From Fimicolochytrium jonesii (taxonomy: Eukaryota), in NCBI RefSeq assembly GCF_025526975.1, contig NW_026515675.1, positions 434,001 through 498,000 of the forward strand: a stretch of 64,000 nt of DNA. Reading direction: 5' to 3'. The notes under the pieces were generated by a model that worked only from the letters and a program-made list of their open reading frames with translations, ran no database searches and was not told the origin of the DNA. Within the stretch, counting starts at the first letter, position 1. Every line of letters starts with the position of its first letter. Below, in pieces: positions 47,860-61,563 of this stretch. The translations under genes and the position numbers were made by a program.

Positions 47860-50351
47860 CTATAAGGGTTTAGCATGCATAGTTCCTTCCTCCGCGGACC
47901 CCTGAGTATTACACGATGCCTCGACTTCCTCATAAAGCACACTCTTTGATATAGTCAGTCGATTTTTGTCCGTCTTTCCACCATGCTTATGAAGCATAAG
48001 CTTGTCATCATCAAGTTTGAGGGTATGCCGCCGCATGCCTTGCCTCACGTTGATGGGATCAACTATGTCGAAAGAGGAAGAGTTGAACTGTTTGTTGTCG
48101 ATGCCAACGAGATTCTTGTCGAAGACAGCGAGGAGACTGTATATGCTCTCCGTCATATGTAGACCGCGCCGAATCGCGGGCGACTTGCGCGATAAGACAA
48201 AAGTCGTAATGTGCAGCACAATTAGGCTCAAGGAAGTACCAGCGCCGATAAGGAGAATGCGCACGCAAGAGTCCGTCGTCTCTGAGGGGGAAAGTGAGCC
48301 TGGTTGCATTGTTCGCAGCAAGTCTCGTAACGATTCATCCTACCTAGGCGACTATACTCGCTTTCTGTGAAAACTATCGCAGGGGTAACGTCGGGGACCT
48401 TCATGTTTCGCGAAGCCTCGGCCATTATGGCAACAATTCCCATGATTTCCATCTTGACAATGGACCTGACTGCTTGGCCGAGCATATTCTGAAAATCGAA
48501 CTGTCCTTCAACGGGCAAGTCGGGCAAAAGTCTGCACCCGAGGTCAAAACTCGGGACGGTATGGGGCGTTGAAGGGCAGTATGAGAAGTAGCATGAAGCC
48601 CTGCAACAAGATATCTTAGTACTTGGGCCATATATGAACCTAGAGCGCATGCGGACTTACCAATACGATATCGAGCGCATCACATCTAGAACACCCCGAT
48701 TCCGGCTTGGCCATCCGACCGGAATCTCCTGTTTCACACTCAGCAGGGTACTTTCCGTCAGCGCCACCGTCGCGATGGGCAGCAACGACATCATTTTGAC
48801 TTCGATATCCGCGTCGCCTGTCTCCATTGCGACGCTACATAAGGTCACCCCAATCGTGCCGTGACCGGATGGGTCTTCGAACTCGACGAAACCTCTGGGG
48901 TTTTGAGATAACCCTTTGTGAAAGACTACGAACTGGAATCGCCCCGAGGAATCAGTGACGGGATTGTCACTATCCAGGGTGGCCACAGGTAGAAGACCCA
49001 ATTCGGGATAGGACACATTTGCGAGATTGAACGTGATGCCGTTGTTGCTATCGCCTCCAATGAGCGCACGCCCGTCGGTCGTGTTCATTGACACTCCCAC
49101 CAGCGACACCACTATTGAAGGATTTTCGCACCATATCGAAGAAAAGCTTAGAGTCATGCTTAAGCGCTCATTAGCGGATAACAAGAAGGTGGAACTTACG
49201 CCAAGCTGGGGGGGCTCTGCGCTCAACGTCAAAAGTCGCATCCTCCGTGCTGCATTTCACAGTCGCAATAGCCGCTAAGGATCTTCCCTGGATCCGGTCG
49301 CCTACGACGAGATTGCTATTGTCAAACTTCGGCGGGTGTAAGCCGTAGGCCACACTTTTGTCCGGAAGTGATGATCAGCTTCACGAGTGCGACCATAAGT
49401 TGATGCGTCGTCACTCAAAGGACCCACCTAGACAGAGGATGTATCGCTCCAAACCCCTTTCCTACACATCCATTGTCGTCACAAGTCACGTTGACTTGCG
49501 GGTCGGGTATTATCCCATCTTGCTGCATTTGAGAGCACATCCCCCCGTTTATATTCAACTGCAAGATATCATTGACATTGTTTGGATCATATTGACCGTC
49601 GGAGAGGTTGTACGGAAACATGGGCCATTCCGTCTGCATTTTGACTGTCCGGGTTGGGGTGATCTCGTATAGATTGCCAATTGCGCTGATAATTATTCTC
49701 TGAGAACGGGTTGAGGGGCCCCATATGTAAATGGATTGATACAAAGCGGCACAGAAAGCGACAATGACACACACCTCTGCAATCAACCCGAAGAACAGAA
49801 GAGCCACGATCCAATGCGTTCCCGATAACTTATCCTCCAGTCCTCCAAATGACCCATTGTAGAGCGCCGCCCAGGATGCGAGAACCTTCCGCGCTGGCAT
49901 CCCATGCGACGAGAGACGAAAGGAAAACCAAAGTTGGCATGATAGTTTTATTAACCGTGTGATTGGGAACATGGCCATTTGCACAGCTGCCTGGGCGATG
50001 GGGGATGCCGTCAATTCTCCAGCTCGTCTCCGGCTCCGGGAATGTTTTCTCTTCTTACTCACCCCAATGCCAAAGCCCACCAACGTTGCCGTGGTTGAGC
50101 CATTCTTTACGACCAGTATCTACAAAGTGCAGAGGAGGTGCAGAGGATTAGATTACTTTCATTTTCGCGGTGGTGAATTTTGTCCACAGTGTCGAGCAGT
50201 TAGAGCACCGCCATACCTTCGAGCTTCCCACTGCCGCAACGGCAATCAAGCCGAAGAGAAATAACGCATCTATTGCGACATTTTGCCAAAATGCTTTTCC
50301 GGGACAGCGGCTTCGAGAAAAGTGGCTTGGATGAGGTTTCGGGTTGGTCAT
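47860..50351 (-). CDS. Hypothetical multi-pass membrane protein with a large Cys/N-glycosylation-site-containing luminal region, ~7 exons
   Basis: Successive ORF segments join in phase via GT-AG introns (LS|SVAYG, AW|LVSL, SY|WASC, RL|ETTD); hydrophobic segments near both termini; start uncertain. Confidence 0.65.
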
Positions 50352-51687
50352 GTTGTTATGTTCTGCACCGTCAAGGGAGCGTATTAGCACGATTATACAG
50401 GTAATTATATACTAGCCAGATGCAACGGCCGTAGAAACGTGAGAAGGGTTGTGTGCTCGCCGGTTTTTGTCTTAATCTGGATAGGCGTCTGTTGAAATTG
50501 ACAGGAGGTGATCATTCGCTTGGACCCATGGTTCTCATTTAAGCGGCAGAAGAAACGCCTGGATTTCTTCAGTGTGGACGGAGGAGGTGAGGAGACACTG
50601 AGTTGATTTAGCACTTTCTTTGAACGCGGCTCCGGTAAAACGTCGTACCTAAATCAAGGCCGAAATCGAAGTGCATTTGTTCCATATTAACATCTTCTCA
50701 CTCACTCACTGGTGTTCGTGTAGCGGGTGAGCCTGGGGTTCAGTTAGGTCCAAAAGAAGGTCCGAGTCTCCATATCACTCCGCCTTTTTGACGGTGTTCG
50801 ACAGCGCGTATTTCCCTCCTGCGGAACCGGTGATTGGTGCTGCCTGGTGTGCGAGTATCGCTGAAGGATCAGCGTCAAACGACTAACGTATGAACCCTGT
50901 CATGCCATGTATATAGACAGATGTTTGCGATGTTCAATTCCTAGGGATGAGGAAACTTCCTTCCAAGCATAGATCACGCACTCAGTTAGACTCCTATACA
51001 GGTACTGATTCTATGAAGGGCCCGCCTTCCCGATTTTTTTTATTAACTGATGGTGCTCTCTGGCGTCCTATTCGGGGTTTCCCCTCCTCTCAGCCAAGTC
51101 TTCTTGTTGTAGTTGCCAGTGAGTATTCCGTTGACAAAAATCCAATGTTGGGTCTGTTCCTTTGGCACTGATTAGCGATTCCGTACCCGAAACCGCGTAG
51201 CCATGAGAAGGTTGAATGAAGTTTTGCAGACTGAAGGGACCACCTGGGGGGACGCGAGATAAAACACACGTTCCGATCAGTGAGATAACAGCGATCAAAC
51301 ATCCGCCATCACTTGGCGAAAGGCATAACATCACCCATCCACCTCCGCAATTGAACTGACATCGCACAGGGTGAAGAGAGAAGAAAAATTAGGGACTTAC
51401 TGGTTCCGCTGAGCTGCTGGGGCTTTTAGTTCTGTTCGCGGGCTCGTTCCTTTGACCTCCCAAGCACCAGCTTACCTACGGTTTGGCGCCAAGGACCGAC
51501 AGGCCCAACTCGCGCATGTCAACTTCAAGGAGGCCACCGCAATCCTTTTCGGAGTTGGATATATATAGTCAAGGTTTTGGTTGGATCGACACTTTGCTGA
51601 GTTTCGTCAGGGTAAGGTGTCAACGCCACATTACCTACGCCCCCTATACGCACGCTTTCCTAAAGAGCGAGCCCGGTTCGGTAAAGG

Positions 51688-53949
51688 ATGTCGTTCCTCA
51701 AGTGGATAGGGAGCATGAGCGCGGGCGCCGGTAAAGCCGGCGGTATCGGTCCGGACTGGCCAAATAGCGGGAACGACCGATACTTTGGTTTAGAGAATTA
51801 CGGAAACACATGTTATTGCAACTCGGTCGTGCAGGCGCTGTACTTCTGTCGCCCCTTTCGGGAATGCGTGCAAGTCTATTCATATCCCACCTCAGCCGCG
51901 CTACTCACTGCGGCGGCGGAGAATATACCCTTTCCTACTCCGACGCCGCTCAAAACCGCATCTTCGACAAGCTCGCTAAATGGTTACTTTTCCGCGGAAC
52001 ACTTCCGGCTGAAGGAGAAGGAGAAGGATTATAGAGGGCCGGTTTCTCACAGTGATAAGGACAAGCCTCCAAAGGGGGAGAAGAAGCGAAAAGAGAGCGC
52101 TTCCACACGAATGTCTCTGATAGGCGGAAAGTTGACACACAGCGTCGGCGGGGCAGGAATACCGCCGTTGGTGCCTGCTATTCTCGAGGGAATGGATTTG
52201 ACCGAGGCCGATAAGGAGACTCTATTATCCGGTCTACAGGAGCTCTTCCTGAAGATCACAACGCAGAAAAAAAAGACGGGTATTATCGGACCACAGCAGT
52301 TCATCACCATCCTCAAAAGGGAGAACGAGCTTTTCCGAGGCACGATGCATCAGGACGCGCACGAAATGCTGAACTACCTGCTGAACGCGATCGCGGAGAT
52401 ATTGCTGAGGCATAAGAGGGAGATGGTGGAAAAGTTTAAATCGCTACCGAACCGGACCGTTCCCGCCTCCTTCGACGCGGTTTTACCACCACCGTCACTT
52501 ACAGAATCGGACGGTGGAAGCTCTACCTCTAAGCGGCAGCAGGTACCCGAAAGCTGGGTGCATGCCTTGTTTGAGGGCATCCTGACGAACGAGACAAAGT
52601 GTCTCACTTGTGAGACGGTCACCTCTCGGGACGAAACCTTTTTGGACTTGTCGGTAGATGTTGAGCCCCACTGCTCACTCAGCTACTGTCTCCGCAATTT
52701 CTCGAAATCGGAAACGCTATGTCACAAAAACAAGTTTTTCTGTGATGTCTGCAACAGCCTGCAGGAAGCCGAGAAACGAATGATCCTGCGGAAAACGCCC
52801 AATATCCTAGCCGTGCATCTCAAGCGCTTCAAATACCAAGAGCAGCTGCAGAGGTACATCAAACTGTCATACCGGGTACCGTTTCCGCTGGAACTTCGGT
52901 TGTCGCATTTCACGGATGATGCGGAAAACCCCGAACGACTCTATCAGCTGTTTGCAGTCATTGTGCATATTGGCGGCGGGCCGCACCATGGACATTATGT
53001 GACGCTGGTCAAGAGCTCTGGGCAGTGGCTGCTATTTGATGATGATGATGTCACACCGATAGAAGAATCCGAACTTCATCAATACTATGGGGACAACAAC
53101 TCGGTTGGAAGCGGCTACATCTTCTTCTACATGGCCGAGGACTTTGATGCCAATGAGCTCATTCAGTCCATGCAGTATTTGGAGGACCATGTCGCGGCCA
53201 CATCCGGGTCGAACATGGCGTCGGTAGCCGCAAACGCAGTGGCTGGTGCTGTATCGCCCAACGGAGACTTGCCCATTGGGACCCTCCATTCACCAGCTGT
53301 ACAACCGAATAAAGACCGCATCGCCTCCGTCACGAACAATTCCACTCCGAATCACAGCGACTCGAATCTCTCGCAGCAGCTTCTCACCTACCATCAACAG
53401 CAGCAGCTACACCTACAACAGCAGCAACAACAGCAGCAGCAGCCTTCCTCACAGCAATCCAGCATCGCAGGGGCCGGCTCGACCAACGGGACCAGCGTCA
53501 TCGCACCACCAAACGTAGTTTCCAGCGGTCTGTCCGTACTAGCGCCCACCACTTCCACCATCGCACCACCATCCACATCGTCTCACTCCTCCGCCGCCGA
53601 ATCCTTCAGCCGGATTATGAAACTCGGCAAACGGCCATCCACCGTTCCGCTCAACAACAGCGTCCTTAACACTACGCCGCCTCCACCTCTCCCATTCGCT
53701 GCAGATACGACCGCCAACAACCACATCGTGAACGGGATCCCAGCAGCAGCATCGCAACCGCCATCCCTCACCCTCGCGCTCAAATCATTCACGTTTGGAA
53801 ACCCCAAGGACGAGGATACAGGCACGCCGACGCCGACGCCAGCGACGCCTTCGGCGCATACCGCTGGCGGGAAGGAGAGCTGGGGATGGTTCGGGATTGG
53901 GAAGAAGGAGAAGGATAAGGAGCGGGATAAAGAGAAGGAGAAGAAATGA
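51688..53949 (+). CDS. Ubiquitin-specific protease of the USP12/46 (CreB/Ubp9/13) type
   Basis: GLENYGNTCYCNSVVQAL Cys box, HQDAHEMLNYLLN, HIGGGPHHGHYV His box; intronless. Confidence 0.95.
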   Translation: MSFLKWIGSMSAGAGKAGGIGPDWPNSGNDRYFGLENYGNTCYCNSVVQALYFCRPFRECVQVYSYPTSAALLTAAAENIPFPTPTPLKTASSTSSLNGYFSAEHFRLKEKEKDYRGPVSHSDKDKPPKGEKKRKESASTRMSLIGGKLTHSVGGAGIPPLVPAILEGMDLTEADKETLLSGLQELFLKITTQKKKTGIIGPQQFITILKRENELFRGTMHQDAHEMLNYLLNAIAEILLRHKREMVEKFKSLPNRTVPASFDAVLPPPSLTESDGGSSTSKRQQVPESWVHALFEGILTNETKCLTCETVTSRDETFLDLSVDVEPHCSLSYCLRNFSKSETLCHKNKFFCDVCNSLQEAEKRMILRKTPNILAVHLKRFKYQEQLQRYIKLSYRVPFPLELRLSHFTDDAENPERLYQLFAVIVHIGGGPHHGHYVTLVKSSGQWLLFDDDDVTPIEESELHQYYGDNNSVGSGYIFFYMAEDFDANELIQSMQYLEDHVAATSGSNMASVAANAVAGAVSPNGDLPIGTLHSPAVQPNKDRIASVTNNSTPNHSDSNLSQQLLTYHQQQQLHLQQQQQQQQQPSSQQSSIAGAGSTNGTSVIAPPNVVSSGLSVLAPTTSTIAPPSTSSHSSAAESFSRIMKLGKRPSTVPLNNSVLNTTPPPPLPFAADTTANNHIVNGIPAAASQPPSLTLALKSFTFGNPKDEDTGTPTPTPATPSAHTAGGKESWGWFGIGKKEKDKERDKEKEKK

Positions 53950-54520
53950 TGAATTTAGGATGGAGCGCTGCGCGTCGAGACGCACTCTTTGCGGCTGTGC
54001 ATTCGTTCATACGCTGCACTGCCAGCGTTGGGATTGGCCACCTGACAGCGCACAACGCCAGCAGGTCGAACCTCGGGGCAAACCGATGCAAACCATTCTG
54101 ACTGAAGACACGCTGTTGGACGAACATTCTAATAGTATGATCTTTCCGACGCTGGGCCTCCGCTTCCGCTCGGGGTGAGACCCTCCCATCTCCCTTTAAC
54201 AAGACGGTTATCAGCTCGTAGCGCGATCACAGCAGTCATCCTCCCTTTGAATTGTCCCCATCCCCACGTCCCTCTGCCTTTCTATACATTGTACAGTGTC
54301 GGACAAGCCGCACAAATCGCATCTCGAGGGCCGGTCAACCTCTGACGGGTAGGCGCAGACTTATGGTCACTATCTGTACATACTCCACCATCCATGGTAC
54401 CATATCTACGTACATATATCGCGCACGCGAAGTATGCATGCATCGCAAATGACAATCACTAGCCAAATGACAATCATATGCCCATTCTATAAACAGAAAC
54501 CTACTTGAATCGGCCGATCT

Positions 54521-56329
54521 CTATTCTCTAATCCTCCCCATGGGTTCGCCCACTTTGACTTTCTGCCCGCCCTCCAACGTAAACTCAAAGTTGGTCGGGG
54601 CCTCAAAGACGAGCACGACGGTGCTGCCTAGCTCAAACCCGCCCATCTGCTGGCCTTTGGCGAGTTGCACGCCGTTGCCGCCGTACTGTAATTCGTCGTA
54701 CTTTCCGGGCGCGTGTTTGATTTGGCGTTTGCGGAGGTTTGTCTTTAAGTCCTGGTGATGGATATGCAAATCAGGGTAAGACGACAGGTCTCCGTTCGAC
54801 AAATCAGCAGGCAGAACGTTTCGCAACAAAAACTTACAGGGTCGAAGTCAATCTTGATGGAGCCCACGTTTGTCGCTCCGACAGGAATGTACGAGAAGAA
54901 CCCATGCGCCCACTCTCCCATCAGAACCACCCTCTCATTCAACACAAACAAGTTCTTGATAGCCGTGACAGCCAACGGGGATACAGAGTACAACTCGCCC
55001 GAGAAATGTCTCCGTGCGCGAACGACCCAATCAGTCGGGGAATGGAACCGGTGGTAATCCCCTGGAGCGAGGTAGATAACGGCAAAAAACAGCGCGTTTC
55101 CTGGTCGTGTGGACTGTGTGATGGCGTTGGTGGTGGGTTTGGCGGGCACAACAGAGTTGTCTTCGTCTGTGACGGATTGTTGACTGTGCCCAAGCATTTT
55201 GTCAAGCGAGTAATCGATGTCGTTGATGTTTCCAAACTTATCGTGTGCGACGATTTCTTGCGAATGGGACTTCTCCGCCAATTTCAATGTCTTGGCTCGT
55301 TCTTCCTCATTTATGGGAACGACAGCTTTGGCCTCCTCTAGTTGCTTTTGACGGCCCAGTAAAGCGTCCAGGGAGTAAGTGACTCCCTTGATCTGCTCGA
55401 CCGTGCGCTGCTGTGTGATCAACCCGAAATGCAGCACTTTGCCATCCGCTGGGCTGACCTGATGGGAAATCAGAGGTTAGGATACATTGCCCCGTTTCTG
55501 ATTAGTAGTAGAGGCTACACTAACCAAGAGAGCGTCATTGTCGATTGGGCGAGCCCCAGGCTTGAGAGGCCTGTAGAAGAACTGCGACAAGTTCGCATAG
55601 TGCTCGAGGTTGGGGTCCTCCATCTCGTCCAGGTTGCATCCAAAGTAGCTTGCATACGCCCGGTAGAAGGGACCGCGAAGCCAAACTGGGACGGTCAAGT
55701 TGTTGGCCCAGCCCCATAGGCGAGACACCGCCCGTAATGGCAGAGCAGCATAGACGTGAACCTGTGCTAGGAGTATATTGATGAGTGATGCCCGAAAATA
55801 TACAGTTCCGCCGTGACATCGCCGGCATTGACGTACCTGCCATGGACCTTCCAAGGTCACGACTGGATGGTCGGGATCTGCAGCGCTTTGGTCTTCACGC
55901 CGTCGCATATGTAGGTACTGTATGGCGGCCAAGCAGGCAATCCCAAGCCCAATAGGGATTGGTTTCCATACAATCGGTGTGTTCCGCAGGACCTGCTTCG
56001 TTTTCCCGAAGGATTCTGTGGTTCGAATGTACAGTGATAAGGCTCGTGCTCCCAAGCAAGATAATATAACTCACAGAGTACTCACGTTTCTGTTCGTTCC
56101 ACCATCCTTTTGAAGGTTCTTCCTCCCGTGGCCCCCTATCGTCGCGGAAAAGGCGCCTGGGTTGGCATCCCCATTGTACGCGAGGAAGTTCGACGGTCCT
56201 GCTCACAGAGGTGACATGGCGAGCCGGGGAAGAAGAGAACATGCGCCGATGGCAAAGGACCAGCGTCCGTTCGAGCCCAGGCCGTCGTTGTTGCAGGCCA
56301 GTGGTGAGGCGAGCCCCAGAAGGCCTCAT
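54521..56329 (-). CDS. PSD1: Mitochondrial phosphatidylserine decarboxylase proenzyme, multi-exon
   Basis: [68 protein letters not shown] (LGST cleavage site). Confidence 0.96.
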
Positions 56330-56734
56330 GTTGCCGGTTTGTGTGCTCCACTGGCGTAAAGACGGATGGTCCGTTGAGGACGGAAACGTGCAAATTGGCC
56401 CACAAGAAGAGAGACGTCATGAAAGACAGACGCTACCGGTTGTTCGGAATCTAGCAAGCGGGGTACCGGCGGTTCTTTTCTTACCGGAATCCGAAGATTT
56501 GGGACGTGTTCCCTTCACTGTCGCTCTGCTCTCGTTGGAAGTTTTCCATTCTACATTTGCCCAACCCACTCCTGATCGCCTTCTTTCGCTCACCGTTTGA
56601 ATCACCCATATTTATGCAGTGACCCGAGACTCAGCGGCTGGGTTGGAATCAGTGGGAGTCATCGGCGGTAACTTCACTCGAAGTCTCCAAACGAAAGGAA
56701 CGAAAACAGCCCTTCCCAAAGACACACGGTCAAA

Positions 56735-59331
56735 ATGTCGTCGGGGTACGCCAACAACCAGTTCGCTGCCTTACGGTCATTGAAACGAGTGCGACGGCCG
56801 GCTGGCTCCACTCCGACGGGCCTCGGAAATCCCAGGTTATCAGAAGCAGTGCTGGCTGCTGCAGGGTCTGAAACAGCCGGGGAGCAGAACACCGAGCAAT
56901 ACGAGGCACCGTCACGAATTGACCGGACGGAAGCGGTCTCGCCAAAGCGCAAACGGGTGGCGAGGGGAACGGCAGATGGACAGGCTAGAGATGTGCCAAT
57001 GTCTACGGTGGAGCAGCGACCGGAAACCTTTGTATCGAACGGGGTAGACCTGTGCATCGTCAGGTTGAAGGCCGACGAGTCAGTATGCTTCAACGGCGTC
57101 TTCGACTTTGCCGTGCTGAAGGGGACGGTGCAGGTGTATGGACATACGTTCCACAGTGATCCAGTATGGTCGTACATCGCAGCACAACCTCACGCTGCGA
57201 AAGCACCATATCCCGGGTTGGACTTTGTCCAATGCTACAGCCCCACAACGCACGCTTTGCCCGTGTTCAGAGCCACCCAGCAACCAGCGAACCAGAGGAG
57301 CATGCCTCCATCGATATCTATGTCGGAAGCGAATGTAGATCAAATCTCGCTGGCTTCTGTTCAGAAACTGCTAGTGAAGGTAGCTGAAGGCCCGCATCAG
57401 CTGCTGGATGAGACCCTTTTGCTGATTCGGGCCATGTCTGATCGAAGCGTTGTAAACATCGGACGACGTGTGCCGGGATTCGCGCATCTGTTCAGAAGCA
57501 AAGATCAACATACCGGGGTACGTCCGACCTGAGGGAACCGAGGGTGATGTAAATGCTGCAACATCTGACACATCTCCAAGCAGCTTCTCGATATCCCCGG
57601 TGTCTACCCGCTATGGAATTCCACACCTGAACTGAAGCCATTGATAATACCCAAACCATGGGAAGATGTTACTGAGGGCAGCTTAAGCGAGAGCGACGGC
57701 ACCCCGGACCGTTCGGTCCATTGCGTCGTCGGATCCAAAAATATGGGGAAGTCAACGTTCGCCCGGTACCTAGTGAACAAGCTGCTAAACCGGTACGTCC
57801 TTGCAAAGATTTCCTTTGGATCGAATGACGCTTACTGAAGTTGTATTGCCACCTGTGACAGATACGAGCGTGTCGCATACCTGGATTGCGACTTGGGTCA
57901 ATCAGAGTTCACACCGGCCGGCATCGTCTCCCTGCATGTTATCACTAGGCCATTACTGGGTTTGTGCTATTCCACCACCTTTCGCGGCCTCTGTAGCACA
58001 CCTAATACCTATGTAATGCGCTCCATCCAGGTCCACCGTTCACCCTCCTACGAGATCCATACCAATGTTACTTCATCGGAAGCAGTTCACCAAAAGAGGA
58101 CACGGATCACTATCTAGCATGCTTACGAGAATTGGTAAACGTGTACGATAAGGAGCTGCTGGCTCAGGACGACATTCCCGTTCCACTGGTGATCAATACG
58201 CATGGCTGGGTCAAAGGTACGTGAGGTCAGATATTCCCCTTCGCACAAACTTCACATCATCTGACAATTGAGGAAACCAGGAATGGGACTTGACCTCCTC
58301 GTCCATTTCTTACTCGACGCACGGCCATCACGGATATATCAGTTAGGCGTCCATGAGACCACGTCGTATAGTTCCGCAAAGAACATCAATGTGGATTTGA
58401 AAGCGATTGTGAACGATATGTGTGGTGGAGGGTATACCGGGCAGGTCTTGCATATACCCACGTCAGCGGATCTCAGTTTGCCACGGTGCGTTGCGTGCAA
58501 ATCACCGTGTACAATCGCCTGTATGCGGGCCACGGCTAAAGAATCCGTTCTCTACCGATCCACACAGGCAAAACACCGTCCGCTTTGGTGCCAGCGAGCT
58601 CCGCCACCTCTCCCTACTCTCCTACTTCCATCAATCCGCATTCGGCCCCTCGCTCTCCAACTCCCACTCCACACCATCCGCCCCAACAAACCCGACATGG
58701 AACTTTGACGAATCCCTCACAGCACAATTACCATATGAAGTACCTTTCCAAACCGTCCGGATCATGTTCCCTAATGCTGAAGTGCCGTTTAGTCAGACTC
58801 TACATGCGCTGAATGGGTGCATCGTCGGGCTGGTGATCGATCGCACGGAGTACGCTGCCGCACCCGTGGTGGATTCCGAGGAGGAGGAAGGCAACGCCGA
58901 TGACACCGAGACAGAGACAACCACCAGCGCAGCATCGTCACTGCGGATCATCCCACCAGGCGTTTCAATCGCCCCGCACAGGCACTATTGCGTCGGGTTG
59001 GGCCTGATACGGGGAATTGACCCCGTGAGACAGGTCTTTCATGTCTTGACGGGCCCCATCCCGGCGGAACATCTGTCGATGGTGAATACGCTGGTTAGAG
59101 GGCCGGGGTATGAGACGCCTGTGGGGCTTTTTGGCAGCGGTTATGAGGTAAGGGCGCTCTACAGGAGATGGCTGTACGATCGATTTTGCTGAACCGAGTC
59201 TTTTTTGGATTCGCTCGCAGAATTCCCGTGCGCACTTACCCTACACCAGTCGCCTATCTTCCGAAGGTTTCGGATCACTAGCATGGCGTACGCGACACAA
59301 CCTTCTCCGCAAGCGGCCCAGACAGCTGTAG
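56735..59331 (+). CDS. GRC3: Polynucleotide 5'-hydroxyl kinase Grc3/Nol9, multi-exon
   Basis: P-loop VVGSKNMGKSTFARYLVN, YLDCDLGQSEFTPAG, INTHGWVKG|MGLDLL, ALNGCIVGL, GLGLIRGID. Confidence 0.93.
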
Positions 59332-59639
59332 ACGCCCTCAATAGTCCGCAACTTCCTTCGATTTAGATGTCCTTTGTAGACACCTCGGATAGACCTTACC
59401 CAGCATAATTTAAGAAAACCACAACCTCTTCACGAGCCTCGAGCGCATTGAACAGAACCCATGCGAAAACCTGCGTATTCATTCGAGAAAAAAGAAACTC
59501 TATGTACAGTCTAAAAAAACGTAAAAGGTGCAACTATGTTACAAAAAGACTACGCCTCGACTAAATCTGGTGTCCAAAACGAACGATCAATGCGTGACGG
59601 ACGGGGATGTTGCACATACGCCGTACGTACGTACAAAAT

Positions 59640-61563
59640 TTACGCAAGACTGGTACCAGCCGCACTCAATGCACTCTCCTCCACATACGTAAAACCCCTA
59701 AACTCCTCCTGGATCGTCTGACTCAGCGGTGCCGATGAGCGCGGTAAAGAGTCGACAGGCAAGGCGTCGGTGAAGGCCGGGTCAAAGTTGGAGGTATCTG
59801 TTTCGGATTCGACCTGAGGTTTGAAGGGAGGCGTGACTTGCTTTTTGAGGAGTTTGTCCCATTCGACGTCGTGAAAGAAGGGTTGTTGGCGGATCTCGGC
59901 GGCGTCGGCTGGGCCGCCGCCTAGGCGGGAGCGCGGGTCGCGGTGCAGGAGCTATATCGTGGAGAGGTTCGTCAGACTGTGATATCATTCTCGAAGGCTG
60001 GTGGAAGGACCTACCCCTCGCACAAGCTGTTGCGCTGGCATGGAGAACCCTGGAGGGAATAACAGCTGGTTGTGGAGAATCTGCTTATACATCAAGTTGA
60101 TGTTCTCGGAGTAGAACGGCGGCAAGCCGGTAGTCATTTCTGGAAGAAGAAGGACTCAGTAACATGGTCGTTCAACCTTATTTCATCAATTTCCAGCTCA
60201 CCAAAGAACAGGATCCCCAAAGACCACCAATCGACGGCTTTGCCATAACCTTGCCCCGTCAAAACCTCGGGCGCCAGATACTCGGCTGTGCCGCAGAATG
60301 TGTTGGTCGTATCGTTGAACGAAACATTCTCTTTGCATAGGCCAAAGTCTGTGAGAGCGATGTGTCCGGTACTGTCCAGCAAAATGTTCTATGTAACATG
60401 ATGTTAGCTTCGGCTTCGCAATATCTGAGCAGCCTTGCCAGACGTGAACTCACCTCGGGCTTCAGATCCCTGTAGACAATGTTATACTTATGCAGATGCT
60501 CCAGCGCGAGGACAAGTTCACATGTATAGAACTTTGCTCGCTCTTCACTGAAAGCAGTTTCCTTCTGCAGGTGGTAGAAGAGCTCTCCTCCGTTCATGTA
60601 ATCCAGGACGAGGTAGAGTTTTTCAGGTGTCTGGAAGGAGAACTTGAGGCCGACCAGGAATGGGGATGTCGCCTGGATGAGGACGTTCCTCTCGGATAGT
60701 GTGTGCGCGATCTCTTGACGCTCTACGATATCCTTCTTCACCAGCACCTTCATGGCGTAGATACGACCTTGGCAAAAAACGCTTAGTCCGGTTGGCCGTC
60801 GCGACACTGCGTAACATGCAAATGCAACACACCTGTATCCTTCTTCTTGACCTGCAGGACTTTCCCAAAGCTGCCCTTTCCAACCACCTTCAGCAGCTCA
60901 AAATCTGCCGCGGTCAAAGTCCTCGCCTGCACCGACCGGTACAACATCTGGATCCGGATCTCGCCCTTTACCCTCTCCTTCCATTGCCGTGGTTGAAGCC
61001 TGAACCAGTTGTCATGCAGCTTCCCGTTGATTCGCGACGGTCGGATCTTCATCATGCCCAAGAAACCTTCGCCGTGGCGTGGATCCGCCCCTGCACGGTC
61101 CCATATGGTTATGGTGACCTCTCCGTCTGGTCGGGCAACATCACTAGTGGGAAGGGAAAATCAGCCGGTTGTCATACTGAAACTGTCCTGGTCCAGGACG
61201 CAGCAGCGTTCGAGGGCCGTCTCCCAATAAAGGGGCTGTGCAAGCCGATACTCACAACGTGGCTTCATGTTTCCACACGGAATAAGCGCTCCGGTCGTTA
61301 CAGAATTGCCCGTTGTTGCCGGCCATGAAGCTCCCGTCCATGTTCCCGCCAATCCTCCCACCCTGCAGTTGGTCCTTGCTACGCCATTCCCAGTGCGCCT
61401 CCCGTGTGACAAACTCGTTCTTTTCGAATTCGACGACGCAGTACGGACGCGAGGAGGAGTCGCGGACGAGGAGGTTTCGTGCTTCGACGACTTTGATGCA
61501 CAGGCAGCCTTTGGCGGCGTGAGCGTTCTCTGCGACGTCCCACGGTTCGTTTCCCGTCACCAT
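59640..61563 (-). CDS. C2-domain AGC Ser/Thr kinase (Sch9/Sck-like; Ypk/Gad8 not excluded), multi-exon; start may extend further 5'
   Basis: C2: [25 protein letters not shown]; kinase: [32 protein letters not shown]; hydrophobic motif FRGFTY. Confidence 0.92.

Noticed and set aside
50700..50800. tRNA- or U5-snRNA-like sequence (GCCTTTT plus T-run)
   Set aside because: No cloverleaf, no convincing B-box and no exact U5 loop with flanking stem
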